NCBI RefSeq assembly: GCF_001194135.2
Contig: NC_068984.1
Span: forward strand, 38,671,465 to 38,735,464
DNA: 64,000 bases
Reading direction: 5' to 3'
DNA from: Octopus bimaculoides
Lineage: Eukaryota
Of the stretch, positions 22,931 through 34,892 are shown one piece after another; position 1 is the stretch's first letter, and each line of letters begins with the position of its first letter. The translations under genes and the position numbers were made by a program. Under the pieces are notes generated by a model that ran no database searches, was not told the origin of the DNA, and saw nothing but the letters and a program-made list of their open reading frames with translations.

Positions 22931-24559
22931 CACACGTCCATACCGCGTCAGACTCTCCAAGACAGTTAGGCGATACAAGAAAGGCACAAAACATTCAGAT
23001 AGACGATACAAAGAAAACACGNNNNNNNNNNNNNNNNNNNNNNNNNNNNNNNNNNNNNNNNNNNNNNNNNNNNNNNNNNNNNNNNNNNNNNNNNNNNNNN
23101 NNNNNNNNNNNNNNNNNNNNNNNNNNNNNNNNNNNNNNNNNNNNNNNNNNNNNNNNNNNNNNNNNNNNNNNNNNNNNNNNNNNNNNNNNNNNNNNNNNNN
23201 NNNNNNNNNNNNNNNNNNNNNNNNNNNNNNNNNNNNNNNNNNNNNNNNNNNNNNNNNNNNNNNNNNNNNNNNNNNNNNNNNNNNNNNNNNNNNNNNNNNN
23301 NNNNNNNNNNNNNNNNNNNNNNNNNNNNNNNNNNNNNNNNNNNNNNNNNNNNNNNNNNNNNNNNNNNNNNNNNNNNNNNNNNNNNNNNNNNNNNNNNNNN
23401 NNNNNNNNNNNNNNNNNNNNNNNNNNNNNNNNNNNNNNNNNNNNNNNNNNNNNNNNNNNNNNNNNNNNNNNNNNNNNNNNNNNNNNNNNNNNNNNNNNNN
23501 NNNNNNNNNNNNNNNNNNNNNNNNNNNNNNNNNNNNNNNNNNNNNNNNNNNNNNNNNNNNNNNNNNNNNNNNNNNNNNNNNNNNNNNNNNNNNNNNNNNN
23601 NNNNNNNNNNNNNNNNNNNNNNNNNNNNNNNNNNNNNNNNNNNNNNNNNNNNNNNNNNNNNNNNNNNNNNNNNNNNNNNNNNNNNNNNNNNNNNNNNNNN
23701 NNNNNNNNNNNNNNNNNNNNNNNNNNNNNNNNNNNNNNNNNNNNNNNNNNNNNNNNNNNNNNNNNNNNNNNNNNNNNNNNNNNNNNNNNNNNNNNNNNNN
23801 NNNNNNNNNNNNNNNNNNNNNNNNNNNNNNNNNNNNNNNNNNNNNNNNNNNNNNNNNNTATATATATATATATATATATATATATGACGAAGGCTTTCTA
23901 TCCAAGAGAGGTTTTTCACCCCAATAGTATATGCTATTAATTATGGCTTTGTATATGCTTAGAGGTTCAGTTTCAAACTTTTTCTTTACATTCCTTTTTT
24001 ATATCCTTTTCATAATCATTCTCCCCACCCCCTGTTGCCACTCTCCTTTTTCAATAATCACGTGCTTTTTATATATTTCTTTAAATCATTATACTCTCTT
24101 CCACTCAGCATTTTTACATACCCTTTCACACATACAGTATATTTTTTGTACTTGTTATTCTCCACCTTTAACTACTTTGTATCTTTTCGTCTACCTTTAC
24201 TTGCTTTATTTTTTGTCTTACTACACCGTTTTCTTCACTGTTTAACTCCACTCACCCCACCTAGCTACCTGCACTCCACACCGTTCACTCCTCTCATGTC
24301 CATCTCCTTACACAGATACTCTCCTTTATATGCATACAATTTCTGCTTCTTCCTATCTTCTTAACTCCACCCTATAAAACCGCATTCACACCCGGCCCGT
24401 AACATTTTTCTCTCCCTTCCTTCCTTTCAACCACCCTTCGCTTTTTTCGCTTTTTTTTTTTTTCTAATTAGGGACTCTATGTCCGAAATATCAAAGACCC
24501 TTTCTCCATTTTCTTTTCAAGTGTGAAACTAATAATACTTTTGCGAAAACTTGTCCCTC

Positions 24560-24955
24560 TTGTAATTTTCAACCATGTGGTTTCAGTTGCGCGGCTCCTT
24601 AGACAAGTATCTTCTACTATAATCCTGAGCTGAATAATGCCTTGTGAGTGAATTTGGTAGACGGAAACTGTGTGGAAGCCTGTCATGTATATGTGTGTAT
24701 ATGTATCTATGAGTGTGTGTGTATGTATATGTGTGTGTTTGCATGTGTGTTTGTGTTTGTATGCCACGGCTTGACAAATGGTATTGGTTTGTTTGCGTCT
24801 TTCTGACTTAGCAGTTCGGCAAAAGTTATAGATGTAATAAATACAAGACATCAAAAATTTTTACACTAGGATCGATTAATTTGACTAAATTTTACGAGGC
24901 GGTGCCCCAGCGTGGTCGCTGTCCAATGACTGAAACAAGTAAGAGAATAAACGGA
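24560..24955 (+). mobile_element. SINE family B (diverged)
   Basis: Core TTGTGAGTGAATTTGGTAGACGGAAACTG, GT-rich middle, tail CCAATGACTGAAACAAGTAAG. Confidence 0.8.
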
Positions 24956-25774
24956 TACAAGAATACAAACACGCGAAAATGCCTCCTACATATGTACACA
25001 ACATGGCTTTAAATGAACAGATAAACGAACACAGCGAATGAAATGAGGCGAGAGCATGACTGATCTCGAAAACAGTGGGGGGTAAAGAACGTAACTCATG
25101 ACATATCATTCAGCGAATAAATAGGCGAGAGCAACAGTTAAAGGGATTACTATGAAGGATAAAGTCGTACACTGAAGTGTGCCGGGTAAGGGATGGAGAG
25201 AGTGAAATATGATCTACATAAAATGTTTATATTTTATTCATTTATACAATGGCAGACCAGTTTCAAAGTAGCAGAAGGTTGTCACGCTCCAGTAGAATGG
25301 GACAAAAAATGTTATGTACGTTTGTATGCAAGCTTGTGTAATACACACACACAATGTACCAATACAGCTTAGTTTAAAACGTATATGAAAATCGTATACA
25401 ATATGTTTAATAAACATTAAGCCTTGATGTGAAAGCTGTGATACACATGCATAACACACATTGATATGTACATTGGTATGTACATATATGTAATATGCAT
25501 ATATACTCACACACTCACACATATATAAATATATATTTACATATATACATAAGTACACATACATACATACATACATACATACATACATACATACATACAT
25601 ACATACATACATACATCTTATTTGGTGTTGCCTCAAAATCGAGAATACTTTCAAAGTTTTCCTCTCACTCCTCATTCCTCAATGTAGGTGAGGCAAACAT
25701 TTTTCATAGCTTTCCCTTCCAAAGCTTGACATGAACTTCAGTTCACAGACCCTACACTGAAACCGCAGGGGCAG

Positions 25775-26220
25775 ATTTTCTTTCCTTTTTTTTTTTTTTT
25801 TTTTTTTAAGATGTTGCCAACCTTTTTCCTACGATCTGGCTGTTTTATCTTTTGATTTTATCTTTTTTCTTCGGCTTCTTGGCATCGAACAAATGTCTTC
25901 TCTACATGCTCACCTCTGCTTCTTACTGTCTTCCGCAACATCTTTCTAGTTGTCAAGTAAGGTGTTAAACAATGGCATGTCTTAATTGAATGACCGAAGT
26001 CTCCCATCCTTTGGAATGATGTCTTTCAATGCTGACGTAGATGCTCATGGAATACTAGCAAGAACAAAAACTTTTTGTCCACGTGAATATTTCATTGTTT
26101 ATAACAAACTCATCACGTTTGATGTCCAAAATATGAAACCTCTCCAGCCGACATATTTGATTTTGATTCACTGGCCACAATTTGCTCCATTTTCTTGCGC
26201 AATTCATATTGTATTCTTTC
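25775..26220 (-). mobile_element. Possible CR1/L2-like LINE 3' fragment with poly(A)
   Basis: Degenerate ARKWSKLWP...RLERFHILDI and RSRGEHVEK resemble the CR1 ORF2 end; plus-strand T run at ~25775-25806. Confidence 0.3.
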
Positions 26221-26279
26221 CGTTATGCGTATTTTTTAACCTCCCATTCTCACTGACTCACACACGTACTTCATTATTT

Positions 26280-26353
<74 letters not shown>

Positions 26354-26403
26354 TCACATACATGCACACACACACAAACACAAACGCATATACACACACA
26401 CAG

Positions 26404-26591
26404 AAGAAATCGCTACCTCTAAACCCTACAAAACCCGGCGTCCGTTCAGTAGGGAGTGTCGTGATCTTGGTCATCTATACGCCATGGAAACCAGGTTACC
26501 GGCCTTATGAGTCTTAGCTCTCAAGAAAAAGAAACATTTACATAACAGTGCAATCGTTGGCAATATGAATGTATTAATTACTAGTTTCTAA
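26404..26591. repeat. ~188-bp local duplication (second copy 31988-32176)
   Basis: Near-identical direct repeat 5.6 kb apart, with about 100 nt perfectly identical. Confidence 0.9.
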
Positions 26592-27631
26592 CATAACCCG
26601 AAATATTGGATGCAAGGTAAGTCTACAGTAATTCATATATTTGTTTTCTTGTGATTTGCCTTGCATTTACTTCGCATTGTTCTGGCCTTACCCACGATCC
26701 TTTATACGGTTTATATATATATATATATATAAACATATATATATATATATATATATATATANNNNNNNNNNNNNNNNNNNNNNNNNNNNNNNNNNNNNNN
26801 NNNNNNNNNNNNNNNNNNNNNNNNNNNNNNNNNNNNNNNNNNNNNNNNNNNNNNNNNNNNNNNNNNNNNNNNNNNNNNNNNNNNNNNNNNNNNNNNNNNN
26901 NNNNNNNNNNNNNNNNNNNNNNNNNNNNNNNNNNNNNNNNNNNNNNNNNNNNNNNNNNNNNNNNNNNNNNNNNNNNNNNNNNNNNNNNNNNNNNNNNNNN
27001 NNNNNNNNNNNNNNNNNNNNNNNNNNNNNNNNNNNNNNNNNNNNNNNNNNNNNNNNNNNNNNNNNNNNNNNNNNNNNNNNNNNNNNNNNNNNNNNNNNNN
27101 NNNNNNNNNNNNNNNNNNNNNNNNNNNNNNNNNNNNNNNNNNNNNNNNNNNNNNNNNNNNNNNNNNNNNNNNNNNNNNNNNNNNNNNNNNNNNNNNNNNN
27201 NNNNNNNNNNNNNNNNNNNNNNNNNNNNNNNNNNNNNNNNNNNNNNNNNNNNNNNNNNNNNNNNNNNNNNNNNNNNNNNNNNNNNNNNNNNNNNNNNNNN
27301 NNNNNNNNNNNNNNNNNNNNNNNNNNNNNNNNNNNNNNNNNNNNNNNNNNNNNNNNNNNNNNNNNNNNNNNNNNNNNNNNNNNNNNNNNNNNNNNNNNNN
27401 NNNNNNNNNNNNNNNNNNNNNNNNNNNNNNNNNNNNNNNNNNNNNNNNNNNNNNNNNNNNNNNNNNNNNNNNNNNNNNNNNNNNNNNNNNNNNNNNNNNN
27501 NNNNNNNNNNNNNNNNNNNNNNNNNNNNNNNNNNNNNNNNNNNNNNNNNNNNNNNNNNNNNNNNNNNNNNNNNNNNNNNNNNNNNNNNNNNNNNNNNNNN
27601 NNNNNNNNNNNNNNNNNNNNNNNNNNNNNNN

Positions 27632-27738
27632 TAATTCTAACGAGTTGTCATCATCTAAATTCCTATAATAGAGTTTTGTTTCACAAAGAAACAAAACTCT
27701 ATTATAGGAATTTAGATGATGACAACTCGTTAGAATTA
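27632..27738. repeat. Perfect 51-bp inverted repeat with 5-nt loop
   Basis: Left arm 27632-27682, loop ACAAA 27683-27687, right arm 27688-27738 is the exact reverse complement; starts at a contig edge. Confidence 0.95.
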
Positions 27739-27863
27739 CATGTTTGTATATTTTTAACGCTTCGCTTACAGATTAAATTTGCAGAACTCGTATTAAGTGT
27801 CTCTTTTCTTTACACAAGAAGCCAGACTAATAAAGCTAGCTGCTTACGGTATTTACTGTTTAA

Positions 27864-28078
27864 GGCGACAAGCTAGCAGAATCGTTACCGCGTAGGACAA
27901 CATGCTAAGCAGTATTTTTTCACGCTCTTTATGTTCAGAGTTCAAGTATCGTCGAGGTGCAATTTGCCTTTCATCCTTTTGGGGCTGATAAAATAACTAC
28001 CTGTCGAACACTGGCAGTCGACGTAATCGACCTGCCATCCCCTTCAAAAATTGCTAACCTTGCACTAAAACTAGAAAA
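27864..28078 (+). mobile_element. SINE family A (diverged)
   Basis: Head GGCGACAAGCTAGCAGAATCGTT, core TTTGCCTTTCATCCTTTTGGGG, 3' part recognisable. Confidence 0.8.
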
Positions 28079-28789
28079 GAATGTATTCATTGTTTCTCTG
28101 CCTACCATCTTTTCTTATTTGTATATTTTATTTCTTCTTGAAATGCTGCTTATTCTCTAAATTAAATAAGTATGTTTGTATGCAAACATGTATGACCGCA
28201 TATATGTATGCAAACATGTATGACCGCATATATGTATGCATACATGCATTCATGCATTTGTATCTTTTATCCACTCATTCTTTACTGGAAGAATTTGAAA
28301 TGAAAAGTATTGTGTATGTCAACAAACATACAACACACAGCAAAGGAGCATGGTACCAAAAGCAAGTTTCTTCAAACCCCACATAATGATATTTTACAAA
28401 GGCACAAGACAAAATTTGTAGTGGGTGAAGGAATATCGATTATATCGATCCTAGTACTTGACTGGTACGTTATGTCTCTCGCCTGAGAATAACTTCATCC
28501 GTTGATATGCAGCTTCGTAATGCAGCAACCAATGACTCGAAGTCTCTCTCTCTCTCTCTCCTTATTAGTCTCGAAGGTCCTACAGTGCTCATAGGTATTT
28601 CCTTCCTTTCTCTGACTAACCTATAACAAAACAAGGAAAGCTGTTTCGGTTACGACTAAGTTGAAAGCCGTCTTATCCGAGTTCGTTTCACCTTGTCTCC
28701 CTTGCCCCAAAAAGTGCAATTACTTCCTATAGTCCGCTCCTCTCAAATATAAATAAAAAGATATGCAACTCACTCAGAAGGTTGTTGTT

Positions 28790-28980
28790 GTTGTTTAATT
28801 CCAAATCAGCCCTAATCGTGCTAACGTTTTATGAAAGGCATTCCAACTGTGGCAGTCAGGCACTTTTAGTCGTATCTAGGACTACACTGGCCAATGTGCC
28901 GTTTTCCGTTTTAGGACAATGGAGTATTATTATTATGCAGGAGATTTGGTTGACATTTTTAGTTGGCTCGTCACGCTAGA
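28790..28980 (-). repeat. Dispersed repeat family D (SINE-like, (AAC)n tail)
   Basis: Related segments (..CAAATCAC..CTACCGTCTTAAA..GGA..ATAGTCCT..) recur at ~11770-11900, 30722-30850, 33680-33830, 48020-48090 and 55545-55615; old and diverged. Confidence 0.5.
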
Positions 28981-29285
28981 GATAAATAAGTCTGGCATTC
29001 TTATTTAGAAAAAGAACTGTCTCTTAATCTTTTATAGCTGTGAAAGTTGGAATAACTTCCCGTACATCTAATGAACTACAGAAGACATTATACAAAGTCC
29101 TGGTGGTATATCCAAGAGAATTCATGGTTGAAAGATCCTGCTCAAATTAAGTTCAATCAACGGTACACATCAAAACCAATACCCACACACCTCAATCAAG
29201 ACTTCTCAAAAACTTCCAGCATTCCCTATCCATTCATCTCCATGAATACTTTTCTCACAGTTCATAGCCTATTTATGTATTAAAT

Positions 29286-29646
29286 ATTGGTTTCAAAATT
29301 TTGGCACAAGGCTAGCAATTTCGAGGAAAGGCCTAAGACGATTAAATAGACCCTAGTGCTCAACTGGTACTTATTTTGTCGATCCCTCAAGGATGAAAGG
29401 CAAAGTCGACCCCGGCAGCATTTGAACCCAGAAATAATGGTTTCAAATTTTGGCACAAGACCAGCAATTTCGGGGACAAGTTGATTATATCGATCTCAGT
29501 GATTAACTGGTGCTTATTTTATTGACACCGAAAGGATGAAAGGCAAAGTCGACCTCGGTGGAATTTGAACTCTGAACATAAAGACAAACGAAATGCTACT
29601 AAGCATTTTGCCCGGCGTGCTAATGATTCTTCCAGCTCACCGCCTT
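29286..29646 (-). mobile_element. Two tandem SINE family A copies (one truncated, one full-length)
   Basis: Copies at ~29286-29433 and ~29434-29646, each with GGATGAAAGGCAAAGTCGACC on the plus strand. Confidence 0.85.
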
Positions 29647-30046
29647 GTTTGTGTGTTAGATATTAATGAATTAATAAATATATAGACGACGACATTTTAG
29701 ATATCTATAGAAATTTCAAGAATGTATTATGCTAATGTTGAAGTAGAGCGGTTCCATTACAAATAACGGACTAACGTGCATGCATAATAAGCACAAAACA
29801 AGATGTTGAATATGCAATTAGAAATGATAAGACCATGTTTCTTTTACGTGGGTTAGATATTGTTACATAATAGGAAAAGCTTCCTGGCAATGTTTACGTT
29901 TATTTAAAGGAAGCTAAAAATGAAGGAAAGGAAAGGAAAACGGCCAAGTTGGTTTTTTCAAATGAAGAGAAAGTTACTAAACCATATGTGTTAAGAAGAA
30001 AATAAGATAATGTGCATATCACTCAGAAATAGTTTACAGGTGCACG

Positions 30047-30094
<48 letters not shown>

Positions 30095-31537
30095 NNNNNN
30101 NNNNNNNNNNNNNNNNNNNNNNNNNNNNNNNNNNNNNNNNNNNNNNNNNNNNNNNNNNNNNNNNNNNNNNNNNNNNNNNNNNNNNNNNNNNNNNNNNNNN
30201 NNNNNNNNNNNNNNNNNNNNNNNNNNNNNNNNNNNNNNNNNNNNNNNNNNNNNNNNNNNNNNNNNNNNNNNNNNNNNNNNNNNNNNNNNNNNNNNNNNNN
30301 NNNNNNNNNNNNNNNNNNNNNNNNNNNNNNNNNNNNNNNNNNNNNNNNNNNNNNNNNNNNNNNNNNNNNNNNNNNNNNNNNNNNNNNNNNNNNNNNNNNN
30401 NNNNNNNNNNNNNNNNNNNNNNNNNNNNNNNNNNNNNNNNNNNNNNNNNNNNNNNNNNNNNNNNNNNNNNNNNNNNNNNNNNNNNNNNNNNNNNNNNNNN
30501 NNNNNNNNNNNNNNNNNNNNNNNNNNNNNNNNNNNNNNNNNATTCCAAACCTCACTGCTGCACACGAGGCTTTGAAAATACACTTATGAACATACTTGGA
30601 GATCATGTCCCATTTAAAAAAGGAGGTTTCTGGAAAATGCACTCCTCCATGTTCTCTCCGTATATATAGTCAATATATAAGATATACTTTCTCGATAAAC
30701 TAATATGTCATGAATTAACGACAGAGCCCCTAGTGGTCGCTCGATCAGTCAGAAATAACAGCAAAATTTTCCAAAAATCACCACCTACTGTATCTTAAAC
30801 GGAAGGACCTATTGAATAATATAGTTTTCACCGTACTATGTCCGGGGAAAAAAATAAAAGACGAGATGTTCGGTCAGGGGCTAAACCGCAAAAACGACTA
30901 CAAGTTCGGTGCTGAAGAGAAGCAAGATATCATGTCCTGAAACCTTGACAAAGTTAAGTACAAAAACTTTTTCACAGAGAACAAGGACTTGCAATTAGAA
31001 ACCAGCTGTCCAAATTCTGTAATAGAAAAACTCAAAATTCAATGAATACTAAGGAAAAATGTTGATGTATCTCCTCTTCTTAATTTAAAATATACGATGT
31101 ACTTAATTGCATCACTTAAGTTTGCAGTCTACAGGAAAATAATTCAAATGTATCAAGTTTGCCTGGGAGTAGGTGGAAGAATTTGCTTTATCAGATTTCC
31201 ATTAGCTCGAGAGAGATATCCTACGATGAACCGTAGATACTCGAAACCCAAATTTTAGTACTTCTGAAAGTGAAAACAGAAATGTAAGATAACTTACAGC
31301 TGTGTGTATTTAATAAACTCACATTTTAAGCTTCGCGCTGAAGAGTAAGTACTATGGTTAAACAATGTTTCATCTTTACTCTGCGACCCAAAAAAGAACA
31401 TTCTAACCATTTTCAGCATTTTACTTCTTCATCTAATGTCTGCTACTCATTTTTTCTGTAGTCATAACATAGTTTCATTAGCACGACGGACAAAATGCTT
31501 AGCGACATTTCTTCCGGCTCTTTGTTTTGAGTTCAAA

Positions 31538-31688
31538 GGAGCAGGGGTGGCTGTGTGGTAAGAAGTTTCCTTCCCAACCACATGGCTCTGAGTTCAGTCG
31601 CACTGCGTGGCAAGTGTTTTCTCCTGTAGCCTCTGGCCGACCAAAGCTTTGTGAGTGGATTTGGTAGACGGAAACTGAAAGAAGCCCG

Positions 31689-31734
<46 letters not shown>

Positions 31735-31880
31735 NNNNNNNNNNAAGAAACGACCGATAGAATAAGTACCGGGCTTAACAAAATTAAATACTGGAGTCGA
31801 TTCATTCTACTGAAAATTCTTCAAAGCAGTGCCTCAGCTTGGCCGCAGTCTAATGACTGAAACAAGTAAATGATAAAAAA
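31538..31880 (+). mobile_element. tRNA-derived SINE family B (internal microsatellite), nested in a family A SINE
   Basis: Head GGAGCAGGGGTGGCTGTGTGGTAAG, core TTGTGAGTGGATTTGGTAGACGGAAACTGAAAGAAGCCCG, (GT)n, tail AATGACTGAAACAAGTAAA. Family A sequence stops at ~31537 and resumes at ~31885. Confidence 0.85.
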
Positions 31881-32348
31881 CATTAAAAAATTCCTGCTGG
31901 GTCAGCTTTGCTCTCCACCCTTTCAGAGAAGATAAAATAAATACGTAAGTATTGGGGTTGATGTAATTGACTTGTACCCTCTCCTAAAAGAAATCGCTAC
32001 CCCTAAACCCTGCAACAGCCCGGCGTCCGTTCAGTGGGGAATGTCGTGATCTTGGTCATCTATACTCCATGGAAACCAGGTTACCGGCCTTATGAGTCTT
32101 AGCTCTCAAGAAAAAGAAACATTTACATAACAGTGCAATCGTTGGCAATATGAATGTATTAATTACTGGTTTCTAATATAAGTACAACACCTGAAAATGG
32201 AACAGTCGATTATATCAGCTCCAATACTTGACTAGTATTTTATTTCTATCGACTCCGGAGGAAAGAAAGGCAAAGTTTATCTCAGCAGGATTTGAACTCA
32301 GAACATGAAGAGCCGGAACAAGTGTCGTAAGGCATTCTTCCCCACAAT

Positions 32349-33112
32349 GGGATCTTTACTTTTTGATGGGCAACTCGATTTATTAATTTTCTTTAACTAA
32401 ACACTTTGAAACTACGGATACTAGTAGAATGTGTCATATAGAACATCTTTTACTCTTAGCGTTGTTGAGAAAAGTTTCTATTTTCAAAGTTATTTCGTGT
32501 TAAGTTGTCGTATTTCGGTAATTTCAACCAATCAATGACGTATATTCAGCTGAATAAAATTACTGCTTTTGTTTGTCAACAACAACTATCGGCGGTGTAT
32601 ATTTCGTTTGTCACTGTTATTTATGATATATTTCATCTCTGTTACGTTCATATGAATAAACGAGTGTATCTGAAGCACGTTTACTTCATGACACCACCTA
32701 AATCGCTCGTGCTTTTCTACTCCCTTTAGGTTTTTTTATCCTGTTTCTCAGCTACTATTTTCGGAAAGACTTCCCACACACACACACACATTTTCTCGCA
32801 AATTATTGTTTTCTTTTTTTTTCNNNNNNNNNNTTTTTTTTTTTTTTTTTGCCAAAAACCCAGCTTTTTGGATACGGAGATTCCGGAAAATTGCAAAAAA
32901 TCGGAATTTTGAAATTTTTTGAATACACGTCATTGATTGGTTGAAATTACCGAAATACGACAACTTTAACACGAAATAACTTCGGAAATAGAAACTTTTC
33001 TCAGCAACGCTAAGAGTAAAAGATGTTCTATATGACACATTCTACCAGTATACGAAGTGTTTAGTAAAAGAAAATTAATTAATCGAGCTGATCATGGAAA
33101 GGAAAAGATCCC
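32349..33112. mobile_element. Non-autonomous DNA transposon (MITE-like) with ~200-bp terminal inverted repeats
   Basis: 32349-32548 and 32922-33112 are highly similar inverted arms (e.g. GTAGAATGTGTCATATAGAACATCTTTTACTCTTAGCGTTG); termini GGGATCTTT...AAAGATCCC; interrupts a minus-strand family A SINE. Confidence 0.85.
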
Positions 33113-33563
33113 CAAAATGTAACGATTCCGCCACCATAACACCCTTATAATAATAATTGTTTCTAACATAAGCAATTTGGGGGGATGGTGTTAGTACATC
33201 GACCCTAGTATTTGACTGGTACTTTACTTTACCGACCCCGAAAAGATGAAATGAAAAATTTACCTTGACAGGATTCGAGCTCAGATAGTTAAACGCCCGA
33301 CGTGCTAATAATACTGCGAATCCCACCGCCCTTGTACATGTATTAATATCTTTGTACATTCTGGCTTACAATACTAAACTTTGATCTTATACAAAATACT
33401 GGAAAGCATATATAAGCGAATGGTTTTTAAAACTAGTTTACCTACAAGTGATATAACTACACCAGTGAGTAGTAGAATTTTTGAAAATTTAGAGTCTGAA
33501 TTCTTCATATCACGGCTATTTGTACAGAATCTAATGGCGGAGTTTCTACAATACTTTTTACAT

Positions 33564-33618
<55 letters not shown>

Positions 33619-34211
33619 ATTATCTATCTTTCTCTTTCTGCGTAAACTTATGATCATGTGTCAGCAAAATATCGTCTTCATGGCTGCTTGACCTGCTGCA
33701 AATAGTAGCCAAAGCTTCCTTCAAATCACTCTTCACCGTCTTAAACAGAAAATAAAGGTCACATCGAACAATATAGTCCTGGATATAAAAAAAACATAGT
33801 ATGATCAGAGGTAGACCTGGGAGAGGTTTAAACTATAGTATCAATCAACGATCACTTTTATTCATCCCTCAGTTATTCATTTATATCCTTGAGCATTTTC
33901 CCTTTCTCTCTCCCTATCTATCTACCAACGTGTCTGTCTGTGAGACTCCTACAGAGTGATTTCATGCCCACAGTCAACAGTCTGTGTCATGGTTCGATAT
34001 CTAACTGAGTCATTCCACCACACTTCTCTCCTTTCCTGCGATTTCCTACCATTATCAATATCCTGGAAAGAAGCTAAGAAAAGGAGTTATATAGCATGTA
34101 CCCTAGATACATCACATAAAGGCAAAGCGTTCGATGGTGGACCAAGAATACATTAAAACTTACAGAGCGTCTTCGGTTATACTAATATTACTGTCTATGA
34201 ATTGCCCATTC

Positions 34212-34470
34212 CTCTTCCTCCTCATCTCTCTCTCTCCCTCTCCCTCTCTCTCCCTTTCTCTCTCTCCCTCTTTCTCTCCCTCTCTCTCTCTCTCCCTCTC
34301 TCTCTCTCCATCTCTCTCTCCCTCTCTCTCTCTCCCTCCCTCTCTCTCTCCCTCTCTCTCCCTCTCTCTCTCTCCTTCTCTCTCCCTCTCTCTCTATTTA
34401 TCTGTCTATCTCTAAATCATACACTTCGTCACGCTCTCTCTTCCTTCCACTCAGACTCTCCTTTTCGCTC
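34212..34470. repeat. (CT)-rich polypyrimidine tract (GA-rich on the gene's sense strand) just inside intron 2
   Basis: Direct inspection. Confidence 0.9.
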
Positions 34471-34592
34471 TTTCTCCCTCTAAATCACACTCTTCCCTCT
34501 CTCTCAACCACATATCTTTCTTTCTCACTCTCCCTCCCATCTTCTCACTTCCATTCTATCACTCTCTTTTAAAACTAACAAAACATGCTTAC

Positions 34593-34805
34593 CTGCTGTG
34601 AGTTGATGAGTCTCGTTAAAGCAGTGCACCTGTACGGAATGCCGGCAAACTCCAAGGTTGATATCAAACAGAAGACCGGTTGGACAGGTACGTTGATAAG
34701 GTATGCCGTAGTTGCAAACATAGAACATAGCACAGTTGTCCGGATACTGAAACATTCCAAACATTTCCGGACACACGAACTGACTTAGGGAAGACCTGAT
34801 CAGAA
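34593..34805 (-). CDS. Coding exon 2: end of signal peptide plus chitin-binding type 2 (peritrophin-A/CBM14) domain 1
   Basis: Acceptor tttgtAG (AG = plus ct 34806-34807), donor GTAAG (plus cttac 34588-34592); 213 nt, phase 1-1. Translation (V)LIRSSLSQFVCPEMFGMFQYPDNCAMFYVCNYGIPYQRTCPTGLLFDINLGVCRHSVQVHCFNETHQLTA has six Cys with CBM14 spacing and the FY-x-C, CP-x-GLLFD motifs. Confidence 0.92.
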
Positions 34806-34892
34806 CTACAAACGAATAAATAAATAATTAGATTAAGTAATAAATAAATCTTTTCTTGGAACGACAGCTCTCAAAGCAGCAGATAAAGCAAT

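Noticed and set aside
22931-23927. Extension of the 519-aa mariner ORF beyond ~22930
   Set aside because: Transposase similarity ends at ..ELKDAII; the rest is an unrelated repeat, an N gap and (AT)n.
30912-30947. Plus-strand CUGAAGA...GAAAC motif with partial stem II
   Set aside because: No U16.1/NUH triplet and no stem I.
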